Assembly: GCF_002087085.1 (NCBI RefSeq)
Contig: NZ_MWQY01000011.1
Coordinates: 124,001 to 180,301 of the forward strand
DNA: 56,301 nt
Direction of reading: 5' to 3'
Shown here: in pieces, positions 19,090-29,346 of the stretch
Position numbering within the stretch: the first letter of the stretch is position 1
Layout of the letters: every line of letters starts with the position of its first letter
Notes under the pieces: generated by a model
Seen by the model: only the letters and a program-made list of their open reading frames with translations
Told to the model about the DNA's origin: nothing
The model's database searches: none
Made by a program: the position numbers and the translations under genes

Positions 19090-21186
19090 ATGAGCATTGA
19101 TATTACCAAACTGAGGAATATCGGTATCAGCGCCCATATCGACTCCGGAAAAACCACCTTATCCGAACGTATATTGTTTTTTTGTAAGAGAATTCATGCG
19201 ATACATGAGGTACGGGGCAAAGACGGTGTCGGGGCGACAATGGATTCCATGGAACTGGAACGGGAGCGGGGGATTACAATCGCTTCCGCAGCCACCAATG
19301 TAAAATGGAAGGACACCCAGATTAACGTCATTGATACTCCTGGTCACGTTGACTTTACTATTGAAGTCGAGCGGGCTCTGCGGGTTCTGGACGGAGCGAT
19401 TCTTGTTCTCTGTTCCGTCGGTGGTGTTCAGTCCCAGTCGATAACTGTAGACCGGCAGATGAAGCGCTACAATGTACCCAGGATAGCCTTTGTCAACAAG
19501 TGTGATCGTACCGGGGCCAACCCTTTCAAGGTGCGGGATCAGCTTGAGACCAAACTGGGACATAACGCGATTATGATGCAGATCCCCATCGGGCTGGAAG
19601 ACAAGCACCAGGGGGTTGTGGACCTGATCACCATGAAAGCCATCTATTTTGAAGGCGATGACGGTACCGAGATTGTGGAACGTGAAATCCCCGCGGAACT
19701 GCTTGAACAGGCAGAGGAGCGGCGGGAGATCATGCTGGATGCGGTTTCCATGTTTTCCGAGGAGCTCATGGAAGCCATGCTGGAAGAGCAGGTTACCGAA
19801 GAGCTTATCTATGATGCCGTCCGACAGGGAACTCTCTCTCTGGAGCTCACCCCTGTATTCCTGGGATCGGCTTATAGAAACAAGGGCATTCAGCCTCTGC
19901 TTGACGCTGTTCTCAAGTATTTGCCTGATCCTACGGAAGTGCAGAATAAGGCCCTGGATCTGGACAATAATGAGGAGGAGGTGCTGCTCAAGGCCGATGA
20001 TGCTGCTCCTCCGGTTGCCCTTGCCTTCAAGCTTGAGGACGGCCAGTATGGTCAGCTTACCTATATTCGCATATACCAGGGAATGATCAAGAAAGGGATC
20101 GAACTCTATAACGTGCGGAACCGTAAGAAGTTCAAGGTTGGCCGGCTTATCAAGATGCATGCAGATCACATGGAGGATATTACTGAGGCACACTGCGGCG
20201 ATATTGCTGCTCTGTTCGGTGTTGACTGTGCTTCGGGGGATACTTTCTGCCAGTCTGACCTGAACTATTCCATGACATCAATGTATGTACCGAACCCGGT
20301 AATTACTCTCGCAATCCGGCCCAAGGACAAGAAGGCTGCGGATAACATGGCCAAGGCTCTGAACCGCTTTACCAAGGAAGACCCTACCTTCCGGACCTAT
20401 GTTGATCCCGAATCAAATGAGACTATAATTCAAGGTATGGGTGAGCTGCACCTCGACGTCTACATCGAGCGCATGAAGCGGGAATACAAGGCAGAAGTCG
20501 ACACCGGTGCTCCCCAGGTAGCCTACCGCGAGGCAATCAGTCAGCGGGCGGATTTCAACTACACTCACAAGAAACAGACCGGTGGTTCCGGTCAGTATGG
20601 TAAGGTCATTGGTTACATGGAGCCCCTTGAAGAAGGCGAGGGTAACTACGTATTCGAGAACAAGGTAAAGGGTGGAAACATCCCTACCGAGTATATTCCA
20701 GCCTGCGACAAGGGTTTTCAGACTGCCATAGAGAAGGGAACCCTGATCGGATTTCCCATTGTCGGTACCAAGATGGTTCTTGAGGACGGACAGTCTCACG
20801 CAGTCGACTCCTCGGATATGGCCTTCCAGGCTGCCGCGCTTGGTGCTTTCAGGGAAGCCTACAATAAAGCAAAACCCGTTATCCTGGAACCGATAATGAA
20901 GGTTTCGGTTGAAGGACCTTCTGAATTCCAGGGAAATATTTTCGGTTCGGTTAATCAGCGACGGGGTATAATAGTGGCATCCGTTGAAGATGGTAATTTC
21001 TGCCGGGTTGAGGCTGAGGTGCCATTGAGCGAGATGTTCGGTTACTCAACAATTCTGCGATCCCTGACCCAGGGGAAGGCGGAATATACCATGGAGTTTG
21101 AAAAATACGGGCGTCTGCCGGCGAGTCTTGCGGAAGAACTGAAGAAAGAGTTCGAAGAAAAAAAGAAGAAAGATGCTGGAAAATAA
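19090..21186 (+). CDS. fusA: Elongation factor G (spdEFG1/mtEFG1 type)
   Basis: [48 protein letters not shown]. Confidence 0.98.
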   Translation: MSIDITKLRNIGISAHIDSGKTTLSERILFFCKRIHAIHEVRGKDGVGATMDSMELERERGITIASAATNVKWKDTQINVIDTPGHVDFTIEVERALRVLDGAILVLCSVGGVQSQSITVDRQMKRYNVPRIAFVNKCDRTGANPFKVRDQLETKLGHNAIMMQIPIGLEDKHQGVVDLITMKAIYFEGDDGTEIVEREIPAELLEQAEERREIMLDAVSMFSEELMEAMLEEQVTEELIYDAVRQGTLSLELTPVFLGSAYRNKGIQPLLDAVLKYLPDPTEVQNKALDLDNNEEEVLLKADDAAPPVALAFKLEDGQYGQLTYIRIYQGMIKKGIELYNVRNRKKFKVGRLIKMHADHMEDITEAHCGDIAALFGVDCASGDTFCQSDLNYSMTSMYVPNPVITLAIRPKDKKAADNMAKALNRFTKEDPTFRTYVDPESNETIIQGMGELHLDVYIERMKREYKAEVDTGAPQVAYREAISQRADFNYTHKKQTGGSGQYGKVIGYMEPLEEGEGNYVFENKVKGGNIPTEYIPACDKGFQTAIEKGTLIGFPIVGTKMVLEDGQSHAVDSSDMAFQAAALGAFREAYNKAKPVILEPIMKVSVEGPSEFQGNIFGSVNQRRGIIVASVEDGNFCRVEAEVPLSEMFGYSTILRSLTQGKAEYTMEFEKYGRLPASLAEELKKEFEEKKKKDAGK

Positions 21187-21197
21187 GGGGGTAGGGA

Positions 21198-21902
21198 ATG
21201 GTTAAATCTGAACTGATAAAGCGCAGCCCGCTCAGGGTCTTCGAGAAATCGATCAATGGCGGGCTCGGCAAAGGAAATCTGGGCGTTCTTGCCTCTCGAA
21301 AGGGGGTCGGTAAGACTGCCTGTCTGGTCCATCTGGCAACCGACCAGCTTTTTAACGACAAGCATGTTATACATGTTTCTTTTTCCTCCCGGGTTGATCA
21401 CATTGTCAGCTGGTATGAGGATATATTTAAAGAGATTGCAAAGATGAGGGACCTGGAGAATGCAGTCTCCGTTCACGACGAAATAGTCAAGAACCGGGTT
21501 ATCATGAATTTTAACCAGAAGGGAATCAGTATCGATCAGATCCTGCGGAGTATAAGCGCACTGATTACCGACGGGAATTTCGCCGCGGATCAGGTACTCT
21601 TTGACGGTTACGATTTTGAAGATGCCACTCTAGAGGACTTGGCCAAGCTTAAAGCTTTCGCACAGGATCATCAGCTTGGAATCTGGTTCAGCGCTTCTCT
21701 GAAGTCGGAAGAACCCTGTTTTGACGATGAGGGATTTCCGGTAGAGCTTAAGGCTTTTGCCGAGAGTCTGGATGTAATCATCACCCTCGCCTACGCGGGG
21801 GATAATGTGAAACTCCGGGCCGTCAAGGATCAGAAGAACACCGAACTGATCAATATGCATCTGATGCTGGATCCCAAGACCATGCTGATTGCCAGGGAAT
21901 AG
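21198..21902 (+). CDS. RecA/KaiC-fold P-loop protein of unknown function
   Basis: GGLGKG...SRKGVGKT (Walker A), VIHVSF, VLFDG (Walker B-like); 11 nt after fusA. Confidence 0.7.
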   Translation: MVKSELIKRSPLRVFEKSINGGLGKGNLGVLASRKGVGKTACLVHLATDQLFNDKHVIHVSFSSRVDHIVSWYEDIFKEIAKMRDLENAVSVHDEIVKNRVIMNFNQKGISIDQILRSISALITDGNFAADQVLFDGYDFEDATLEDLAKLKAFAQDHQLGIWFSASLKSEEPCFDDEGFPVELKAFAESLDVIITLAYAGDNVKLRAVKDQKNTELINMHLMLDPKTMLIARE

Positions 21903-21929
21903 CCCCCTTCGCTGTCTATATGCAAATCC

Positions 21930-21963
21930 GGCCGCTGAGTTACGTACTTGGCGGCCTTTTTTT
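21930..21963 (+). terminator. Rho-independent terminator of the fusA operon
   Basis: GGCCGCTGAGT-loop-ACTTGGCGGCC followed by T7. Confidence 0.85.
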
Positions 21964-21974
21964 ATAGGTAGCCC

Positions 21975-22628
21975 CTATCTATGCCTGCTTACCCCGATTC
22001 TGCTGCACCAGTTGGAAATCGGGCAGCGACTGCACCAGGGACTTACGGGGGTGCATGTATCCTTGCCGAAGGCAACCAGCAGGGTGTTTATTTCGATCCA
22101 GAATTCTTCGGGGAGGATCTGCATAAGAGCATCCTCGGTCTGTTCCGGATTCGAGGTGCTGATCCATCCGGCACGGTTTGGAATCCGGTGTACATGGGTG
22201 TCGACGCAGATTGAGGGGATTCCGAAGGCCAGGCCGAGAGTCAGGTTGGCGGTTTTTCTGCCAACCCCCGGCAGGGTCAGAAGGTCAGTAAGCCGGGAAG
22301 GGACTTTTCCGTCATGTGCTTCGAGGAGAATTCCGGAAATCTTGAGGATTGTGTCGGCCTTGGTTCGGTAGAATCCGGCGGGATAGATGAGATCAGCGAC
22401 GGCGGGAGAGGAGAGCCTGAGCATGGCAGACGGGGTGTCGGCGGCGGAGAAGAGCCGTTCGGACGCACTGATGGTCACCTCATCCCTGGTCCGCAGGCTG
22501 ATAATGGTTGATATCAGGACCCGGTATGGATCGGGACCGTCCCCGGCTATTTTCGTCACTGATGGAACTTCGGTCGCACCTGTGGCCCGCCTGAGGACTG
22601 ATATGATCTGTTTCCATGGTAGCTTCAT
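21975..22628 (-). CDS. nth: Endonuclease III
   Basis: HhH LPGVGRKTA, VDTHV and 4Fe-4S motif CTPVSPWCSRCPISNWC. Confidence 0.93.
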   Translation of the reverse strand: MKLPWKQIISVLRRATGATEVPSVTKIAGDGPDPYRVLISTIISLRTRDEVTISASERLFSAADTPSAMLRLSSPAVADLIYPAGFYRTKADTILKISGILLEAHDGKVPSRLTDLLTLPGVGRKTANLTLGLAFGIPSICVDTHVHRIPNRAGWISTSNPEQTEDALMQILPEEFWIEINTLLVAFGKDTCTPVSPWCSRCPISNWCSRIGVSRHR

Positions 22629-23098
22629 CGGCGCAGCAGAAGCACAACAGCATGGACGGCCACAGCCCGGCTTTCTCCCACCGCATCGACGCTTTCGTTG
22701 GTTTTTGCCTTGATGCTGACACTGGCCTCTTCTACCCTCAAATCTGCGGACAGGCGGCGCCGTATCTCCTGGATGTGTTCTCTGAGTTTCGGTTTTTCGA
22801 GGATCACCGTTGCGTCGACATTGCCGATCCTGTAACCGGCTTCATGTATAAGCTTCATTGTTTCCACCAGAAGCTCGCGGCTGTCGATGTCTTTATATGC
22901 CGGATCTGAAGGAGGAAAATGGCTCCCGATGTCGCCCAGGGCTGCGGCCCCCAGGAGGGCGTCTATCAGGGCGTGCAGAAGTACATCGCCGTCGGAGTGG
23001 CCGTCTTCACCGAAAGGGGCCGGAATGTGGACGCCTCCCAGAAGAAGCCGGCGCTCCGGAACCAGCCTGTGCAGATCGTAGCCCATACCGATTCTCAT
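22625..23098 (-). CDS. ispF: 2-C-methyl-D-erythritol 2,4-cyclodiphosphate synthase
   Basis: MRIGMGYDLH, GHSDGDVLLHA, DIGSHFP, KAKTNE. Confidence 0.97.
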   Translation of the reverse strand: MRIGMGYDLHRLVPERRLLLGGVHIPAPFGEDGHSDGDVLLHALIDALLGAAALGDIGSHFPPSDPAYKDIDSRELLVETMKLIHEAGYRIGNVDATVILEKPKLREHIQEIRRRLSADLRVEEASVSIKAKTNESVDAVGESRAVAVHAVVLLLRR

Positions 23099-23757
23099 GG
23101 CGCAAGGTCCTCCTGATAGGTTATCTTTCTGTTCCTCTCATCTCCGGGGATTGTCGCCACCGCACCTATATACCGGCCGTATATTTCGGTATCGTCGATG
23201 TAGAAGCCTCCGTCTTCGGCAGCCTTGATATGGGCTTCGAGAATGTCGCGATATACAAATCCCTGGGGTGTCTGAATGCGGAAGCTAGTTTCTCTGGAGA
23301 GATGATCGATGATGAATCCGTCCCGGGACAGTATCTTCATGGCATCCACCGATGGGACAGCCGGCGCGCAGCCCCCGGCTTCCATGGCCCTGCGGGCTAC
23401 CTCTTCCGCGATTTCCGGGGTACACCAGGGACGGGCCCCGTCGTGTATCAGGACCACATCGGGATCATACCCTGACAGGGCTTTGAGCCCTGCGAGAACC
23501 GAAGCCTGGCGGGTCTCTCCACCGGAGACAAAGATTACCTCCCGGGATCGGGGAAAATCCCGAAGGGCATACTCAGCCTCTTCTTTGCCGTTTTCCGGGA
23601 TGGTTACAACGAGATAGCTGAAAATTTCCGGATCGACGAAGGAGCTCAGAGCGCTGGAAAGCACAGTTCCCGCCCCGAGGGGCAGGTATTCCTTTTTCAT
23701 GCTGCCGCCAAAACGCTGACTTGAGCCTGCGGCGGTAATCAGAGCAGCGGCACGCAT
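23095..23757 (-). CDS. ispD: 2-C-methyl-D-erythritol 4-phosphate cytidylyltransferase
   Basis: AAGSSQRFG, GGETRQASV, IHDGARP, QTPQGF, NRKITY. Confidence 0.96.
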   Translation of the reverse strand: MRAAALITAAGSSQRFGGSMKKEYLPLGAGTVLSSALSSFVDPEIFSYLVVTIPENGKEEAEYALRDFPRSREVIFVSGGETRQASVLAGLKALSGYDPDVVLIHDGARPWCTPEIAEEVARRAMEAGGCAPAVPSVDAMKILSRDGFIIDHLSRETSFRIQTPQGFVYRDILEAHIKAAEDGGFYIDDTEIYGRYIGAVATIPGDERNRKITYQEDLAP

Positions 23758-23766
23758 GGGAGGTGC

Positions 23767-24285
23767 TTATTCCTGGGATTCGAGCTTTGAAAAGATAAGG
23801 TTTTCGACCTCTTCCTTCTCTTTTCCGAGGGAGTAGGAGATCTCGTCTACCAGCAGCTTGAGGGCGCTGTCAAAAAGCTTGCGCTCCAGAATCGGGAGCT
23901 CCTTAATTTTGCTTCGATGGTAGAGGGTCCGGACAACCGTTGCGATATCCATAACGCTGCCGCTTTTCAGGAGGTCCAGGTTCATCTGGTAGCGCATTTT
24001 CCAGTCCGCTGTTATGGGTTCGTGATCTTCCGAGATCAGCTTCAGTGCCTTGTTCGATTCGGCCTTGGAGACAATAGCCCGTATTCCAAGTTCATCCGCC
24101 TTGTCCACGGGGATCATAACGGTCATATCCGACACTTCAAGATAGACTATGTAGTAGAGCAGCTTCTTGCCCTTGAAATCCTTCTCTTCGATGGCGGTAA
24201 TTTTACCGACACCCTGCAAAGGATACACAACTTCCTGGTTGACCTTATATTGAGTCGAGGTGTTACCCTGTACGGCTGATTCCAT
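23767..24285 (-). CDS. carD: CarD-family RNA polymerase-binding regulator
   Basis: VVYPLQGVGKI, GIRAIV and conserved Trp (DWKMRY); the carD-ispD-ispF order is a known conserved arrangement. Confidence 0.93.
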   Translation of the reverse strand: MESAVQGNTSTQYKVNQEVVYPLQGVGKITAIEEKDFKGKKLLYYIVYLEVSDMTVMIPVDKADELGIRAIVSKAESNKALKLISEDHEPITADWKMRYQMNLDLLKSGSVMDIATVVRTLYHRSKIKELPILERKLFDSALKLLVDEISYSLGKEKEEVENLIFSKLESQE

Positions 24286-24292
24286 AACGGTT

Positions 24293-24321
24293 AGTATACA
24301 AAAAATCACCATGGGAGTCAA
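24293..24321 (-). promoter_or_regulatory. sigma70 promoter of carD (TTGACT-N17-TATACT), leaderless geometry
   Basis: -10 box ends 7 nt before the ATG at 24285; no SD. Confidence 0.75.
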
Positions 24322-24407
24322 AGGGCAGGGCCCTTGGGCGGGTGATCCGGTATAGTCCCGGTTTTTCCCGTTTTTTGACTTCTGAACCCGGCCGCAAGGA
24401 GGTTTCT

Positions 24408-25775
24408 ATGAAAAAATACGACATCATACTCATCGGTACCGGACAGGCTACAGGTACGATTCTTCCCGGACTCCTGGATGCCGGCAAACGCATCGCGGTT
24501 ATCGAGAGGGACCGCGTCGGAGGATCCTGTGTAAACTGGGGGTGTACTCCGACCAAAACCCTGGTGGCAAGCGCCAGGGCCGCGCGCATGGTTCAGCGGG
24601 CCGGGGAGTTTGGAATCGAAACAGGACCCGGCGTCACGGATTTCTCCAGGGTCATGGAAAGGGTCAATTCAATACGGAATGAAGCCAGTACCGGTTTTCA
24701 GAAATGGCTTGAAGAGGTGACGGATTTTTATCCCTTTTCCGGAAGTTTCGTCGATGAACATACGGTTAAAGCGGGGGATGAGCTGATACAGGCTGAGACG
24801 ATTATCATTCACACCGGTGCTGCGGCACGTATTCCTCAGCTGCCGGGTATCGAATCTGTTCCCTGGCTGGATAACAAAAGAATCCTGGATCTCACAGAGC
24901 TTCCGGATCACCTCCTTGTCATCGGCGGTTCCTATATTGGTCTTGAGTTCGGTCAGGCCTTTCGACGCTTCGGCAGCAGGGTCACGGTTTTTGAACACGG
25001 GGAGAGACTTATTTTCCGCGAGGATCCGGATATCAGTACCCTGGCAAAGGAGCTGCTGGCTGATGAGGGAGTGGAATTTCATCTGAAAAGCGAGATTCTG
25101 TCCCTTTCATCCGGAGACGAAAGCATCGTACTGCACTACAAGCAGGGGGAAAGTGAAAAGACCGTGGAAGGAAGCCATCTCCTTGTGGCAGCCGGACGGG
25201 CTCCCGCTGTTACCGGTCTCAATCTTGGCGCGGCGGGCGTCGAAACGGATGATAAAGGCTATATCCGGGTCGATGATTACGGCCGCACCGCTCAAAAACA
25301 TATCTACGCACTGGGGGATGTAAACGGCAGGGGAGCCTTTACCCACACCTCCGTGAACGACGGACAGGTTTTCCTGGACCACTATCTGCGCGGCGGCGGG
25401 CGGAAAATCAGCGATCGGGTCCCGGTTTATGCCATGTACATCGATCCGCCCCTGGCCAGGGTCGGCCTTAACAGGAGGGCTGCGGAGCACCGCGGGCTTG
25501 AGTATCTCACGGCGGAAATGCCCATGAGTTCCGTCAGCAGGGCAAAGGAGAAGAGCGAAACCGGCGGGATAATGCAGGTGCTTACCGAAGCCGGGAGCAG
25601 CACAATCCTGGGGGCCACTCTCTTCGGAACAGGAGCTGATGAAGTTATTGCCCTGCTCGCCCTGGCAATGCAGGCGGGGATTCCCTATACAAAACTGCAG
25701 GAAACAGTCATACCTCATCCCACGGTAGCGGAGCTTGTACCTTTCCTGTTTAACAGTCTGGCAGAACCGGAATAA
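24408..25775 (+). CDS. Pyridine nucleotide-disulfide oxidoreductase (MerA/RclA-like, no C-terminal Cys pair)
   Basis: GTGQAT, GGSCVNWGCTPTK, GGSYIGLE, ALGDVNG, HPTVAE; AAGGAGG SD. Confidence 0.88.
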   Translation: MKKYDIILIGTGQATGTILPGLLDAGKRIAVIERDRVGGSCVNWGCTPTKTLVASARAARMVQRAGEFGIETGPGVTDFSRVMERVNSIRNEASTGFQKWLEEVTDFYPFSGSFVDEHTVKAGDELIQAETIIIHTGAAARIPQLPGIESVPWLDNKRILDLTELPDHLLVIGGSYIGLEFGQAFRRFGSRVTVFEHGERLIFREDPDISTLAKELLADEGVEFHLKSEILSLSSGDESIVLHYKQGESEKTVEGSHLLVAAGRAPAVTGLNLGAAGVETDDKGYIRVDDYGRTAQKHIYALGDVNGRGAFTHTSVNDGQVFLDHYLRGGGRKISDRVPVYAMYIDPPLARVGLNRRAAEHRGLEYLTAEMPMSSVSRAKEKSETGGIMQVLTEAGSSTILGATLFGTGADEVIALLALAMQAGIPYTKLQETVIPHPTVAELVPFLFNSLAEPE

Positions 25776-25871
25776 GGGTGTCTCTATTCTGGCTGTCTTG
25801 AAGCACGGACGTATCTTGAAGTACCTTGATTAGCTGTGATAATTATCGAGAGCAAGGAGCACTAGAAAAGT

Positions 25872-27428
25872 ATGATTCACCGGCGTTCTGCAGGTATTCT
25901 TCTTCATCCAACTTCTCTGTCGGGGCCCTGGGGCATCGGGGATTTCGGGCAGGGAGCCTACCGCTTTGTTGATTTTCTGACCCGCTGCGGAATGAGTCTC
26001 TGGCAGATTCTGCCCCTGGGTCCCACGGGTTTCGGTAACAGTCCCTATGCCTCCATTTCCAGTTTTGCGGGCAATCCGATGCTGATAAGCCCCGATATCC
26101 TGCTGGAGGAAGGACTGCTGTCTCCCGGAGATCTTGAAGGAGTGCCGGATTTCCCCCTGGACCGGGTGGATTACAGCCTGGTGGTCCCCTGGAAGACCGA
26201 TCTGGTTCGCAGGGCTGCCGGCCGCTTCCTGTCCGGAGATGCCGGACCCCACAGAAAAGCCTTTGAGGATTTCTGCCGCGAGGAGTCCTGGTGGCTCGAT
26301 GATTACGCCCTCTACGCATCCCTGCAGGACCATTTTAAAAACCGAAGGCCCCGATCCTCAAGAAAGGGACCCCTGATAAACAGTCGCTGGGACAGGGATA
26401 TCGCACTCCGGGAACCGGAAGCCCTTGCCCGCTGGTCTGTAAAGCTTCGCGGGGAAACGGAGATAAGAAAGGTAATTCAGTTCCTTTTTTACCGCCAGTG
26501 GCGACGCCTTAAAAGTTATGCCGCCGAACAGGGAATTCGCTTTGTCGGAGATATACCGATTTTCGTTGCTCCCGATTCCGCGGATGTCTGGGCCTGGCGG
26601 GAATATTTCCAGATTGACGATGAAGGACGCCTGACGGCTCAGGCAGGGGTTCCTCCAGACTATTTCAGCGAGACAGGTCAGCTCTGGGGCAATCCGGTGT
26701 ACAACTGGGAGGCCCTGGGACGGGACCGCTACTCCTGGTGGATCCGACGCATTGAATATACCCTCAAGCAGGTCGACTGGGTCCGGATAGACCATTTTCG
26801 GGGCTTCGAAGCCTACTGGAACATTCCCGCCGATGCTGAGACGGCCGTGGACGGAAAATGGATTAAAGCCCCGGGCTTCGAGATGTTCCAGGAACTGAAG
26901 CGGTGCCTCGGCAGCCTGCCGATTATAGCCGAGGACCTGGGGGTCATAACCCCTGAGGTAATAAAGCTGCGACAGGACCTTGAATTTCCCGGGATGAGGG
27001 TCCTGCAGTTCGGCTTCGAGTTTGATCTCCAGCGGGGATTCAATGCGGATCACCACTTTCTGCCTCATAACTACGATACCAACACGGTTGTCTATACCGG
27101 GACCCACGACAACGATACTACCGCCGGGTGGTACTGTTCCATGGACGGACGGATTCAGGATATCGTGCGCCGCTACCTTGCCAGGGATGACCACGATATT
27201 GTCTGGGACTTTATCCGTATGGCCCTGTCCTCCACCGCGGGCTTCGCGGTGGTCCCGTTTCAGGATCTGCTTTCCCTGGGTACGGAGTTCCGGATGAATA
27301 CGCCGTCCACAGTGGGACCGCAGAACTGGGCATACCGTCACCGCCCGGAGGACCTGAGCGACCTGATCTCTGCCCGGCTGAGGGAAATGAACAGCCTGTA
27401 CGGCCGCCTGCCGAAGAGGGAGCCTTAA
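25872..27428 (+). CDS. malQ: 4-alpha-glucanotransferase (GH77)
   Basis: GILLHPTSL, WQILPLGP, GVPPDYFSETGQLWGNP, RIDHFRG, AEDLG, THDNDT. Confidence 0.97.
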   Translation: MIHRRSAGILLHPTSLSGPWGIGDFGQGAYRFVDFLTRCGMSLWQILPLGPTGFGNSPYASISSFAGNPMLISPDILLEEGLLSPGDLEGVPDFPLDRVDYSLVVPWKTDLVRRAAGRFLSGDAGPHRKAFEDFCREESWWLDDYALYASLQDHFKNRRPRSSRKGPLINSRWDRDIALREPEALARWSVKLRGETEIRKVIQFLFYRQWRRLKSYAAEQGIRFVGDIPIFVAPDSADVWAWREYFQIDDEGRLTAQAGVPPDYFSETGQLWGNPVYNWEALGRDRYSWWIRRIEYTLKQVDWVRIDHFRGFEAYWNIPADAETAVDGKWIKAPGFEMFQELKRCLGSLPIIAEDLGVITPEVIKLRQDLEFPGMRVLQFGFEFDLQRGFNADHHFLPHNYDTNTVVYTGTHDNDTTAGWYCSMDGRIQDIVRRYLARDDHDIVWDFIRMALSSTAGFAVVPFQDLLSLGTEFRMNTPSTVGPQNWAYRHRPEDLSDLISARLREMNSLYGRLPKREP

Positions 27429-28978
27429 TTTCCCCGTACGATCCTGGCGGGCAGAGGCGGCTTGGTGTAGCTCAGGTACTTGAAGGGATGAATATCCAGG
27501 GGATTGGGCAGCCATCCGCCGAGGACATCGGCGTGGACAAAGTTATAGGAAGGGGAGTGCTTGTAGGGGATTATTCCCCCTTCTTCGAGGATCAGCCCCT
27601 CGGCTTCGGCCATCCTGTTGTACCGCTCCCTGCCTGAGAGGGACATGGCCTCTTCGATCAGATTATCGTAATCGGGATTAGAATAGGATCCCTTGTTCAG
27701 GTTGGAGTCGCTGACCCACATCTGCAGAAAGGCCAGAGGGTCGGCATAGTCTCCGATCCAGCTCATCAGGCCGATGGTATAATCCCTGTTTTCAATGGAG
27801 TTATAGTAGTCTCCGTAGGGAACAAGGGTAAATTGTGCTTCCAGTCCCAACGTATCTCTCCAGGCTGTCGCCATGGCCGTTGCCAAATCCTGTACCTCCT
27901 GGCTTTCGGGGATCTTGAATACAGGACGCGGGAGACCCTGTCCTTCCGGAAAGCCCGCCTCCTTAAGCAGCTTCAGGGCCGTCTCCCGGTCCCTGCTGTT
28001 TATTCCAGCAACTTCCGGATATCCGGAGATCTCGGGAACCGCCCGGAAGGTGGGTACGGCATAGCGTTCTTCGGTCCGAAGATCCTCCCAGGGAACGAGG
28101 AGAAGCAGCGCCCGCCGTACGCGCGGATCTGTCCAGGGATCCTCGTCGCAGACAAAGTAGAAATAGGTGGTGGCAAACTGGTGAAATACCTGCAGGGTGG
28201 AGGTGTCGTCCAGCTTGTCATAGAGGATATTCCCCGAAGCCCAGAGAACCTCCTTGGCGTTGAAAAGGTCCGTCAGATGCTGGTAGTCGTCACTCAGCAG
28301 AAATATAATCTCGTCGCTCCGAACGTTCCTGCGATCCCAGTAAAACTGGTTTTTCTTCAGGACATACTTCTCGGGGCTCCGTGAATAGAGCATGAACGGT
28401 CCGTTTCCGATCACCGAAGGGGCGTTTTCCCAGTCGGGATTCTCCCGGAAGGTGGAATGGACGGGTGAGAAACTGTGATGGCACAGGATCTTTAAAAAGT
28501 GGGATGCCGGATGGTTCAGGGTAACCTCCAGGACTCCTTCCTCCGGAACCGAGATTCCCACATCCTCCCGTTTGCCGGCTCCGGTACGGTACTCCCGGGC
28601 CCCTTTGATAATGTCCAGCAGGAAGGTGTATTCAGCCCTGTCCTCCGGGTTCAGATGGAGCAGCCAGGACTCCCTGAAGTCCTCGGCGGTAACCCGGTCT
28701 CCGTTCCAGTAATAGGCATCGGGGCGCAGATAGAAGCGGTATACCAGGCCGTCCTCGGAAACCTCGAAATTCCGGGCAACCCCCGGGACAGGCTCCAGGG
28801 TCAGGGGATGATAGGTGTACAGTCCCTCGTAAAGGGCTGTATAAAGCTGAGCCTCGGTGGCGGAATAGGAGTGGTGGGGATCCAGAGCGATCCGGGTTGA
28901 CCCGAAGCTTACGCTGACAGTCTCTGCGCTGAGTGCAAGGCCGACAAGGGCGAAAATCAGACTTATATATTTTTTCAT
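27425..28978 (-). CDS. Oligopeptide ABC transporter substrate-binding protein (OppA-like, orphan)
   Basis: LYEGL, PVPGVA, WNGDRVTAEDF, GNGPF, WIGDYADP; signal peptide from MKKYISL. Confidence 0.9.
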   Translation of the reverse strand: MKKYISLIFALVGLALSAETVSVSFGSTRIALDPHHSYSATEAQLYTALYEGLYTYHPLTLEPVPGVARNFEVSEDGLVYRFYLRPDAYYWNGDRVTAEDFRESWLLHLNPEDRAEYTFLLDIIKGAREYRTGAGKREDVGISVPEEGVLEVTLNHPASHFLKILCHHSFSPVHSTFRENPDWENAPSVIGNGPFMLYSRSPEKYVLKKNQFYWDRRNVRSDEIIFLLSDDYQHLTDLFNAKEVLWASGNILYDKLDDTSTLQVFHQFATTYFYFVCDEDPWTDPRVRRALLLLVPWEDLRTEERYAVPTFRAVPEISGYPEVAGINSRDRETALKLLKEAGFPEGQGLPRPVFKIPESQEVQDLATAMATAWRDTLGLEAQFTLVPYGDYYNSIENRDYTIGLMSWIGDYADPLAFLQMWVSDSNLNKGSYSNPDYDNLIEEAMSLSGRERYNRMAEAEGLILEEGGIIPYKHSPSYNFVHADVLGGWLPNPLDIHPFKYLSYTKPPLPARIVRGN

Positions 28979-28989
28979 GTTCTCTCTTT

Positions 28990-29346
28990 TCAGGTAAGGT
29001 AATTCTTGATGGAGTCGATATAATGCTGGCCCCGCAGGGGTTTGATAAATACCTCGTTGAAACCTGCGGCATTCAGACGGTCTATCTCGCCATCGTCGGA
29101 TGTGATGGCTATGAGAGGAAGTTCCGGATGGGTCTCCCGGATTCGGCGTGCCACCTGATCTCCGTTCATTCCAGGCATGTACTGGTCGAGAATGACCAGG
29201 TTGTAGGAGTTCTTCTGAAAAAGTTCCAGTGCCTGAACTCCGTCGTGAGCCAGATCGCAACTGATGCCATGATTCTTCAGCTTCATTTCAAGCAGTTTGC
29301 GATTGGTGAACTCATCTTCCGCATAGAGAACACGTTTCGTTGTCAC
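28990..29346 (-). CDS. Stand-alone response regulator receiver protein
   Basis: YAEDE, ILDQYMPGMNG, AITS, IKP; GTG start with AAGGAG SD. Confidence 0.92.
   Translation of the reverse strand: MTTKRVLYAEDEFTNRKLLEMKLKNHGISCDLAHDGVQALELFQKNSYNLVILDQYMPGMNGDQVARRIRETHPELPLIAITSDDGEIDRLNAAGFNEVFIKPLRGQHYIDSIKNYLT

Noticed and set aside
24408..25775. merA mercury-resistance gene
   Set aside because: No C-terminal Cys pair, no metal-binding N-domain and no merR/T/P.
28979..29260. N-terminal extension of the 611-aa OppA ORF (and similar extensions of slyD, the SDR, asnA and the methyltransferase)
   Set aside because: The extensions overlap real neighbouring genes or promoters. Downstream starts have SD, signal peptide or promoter support.
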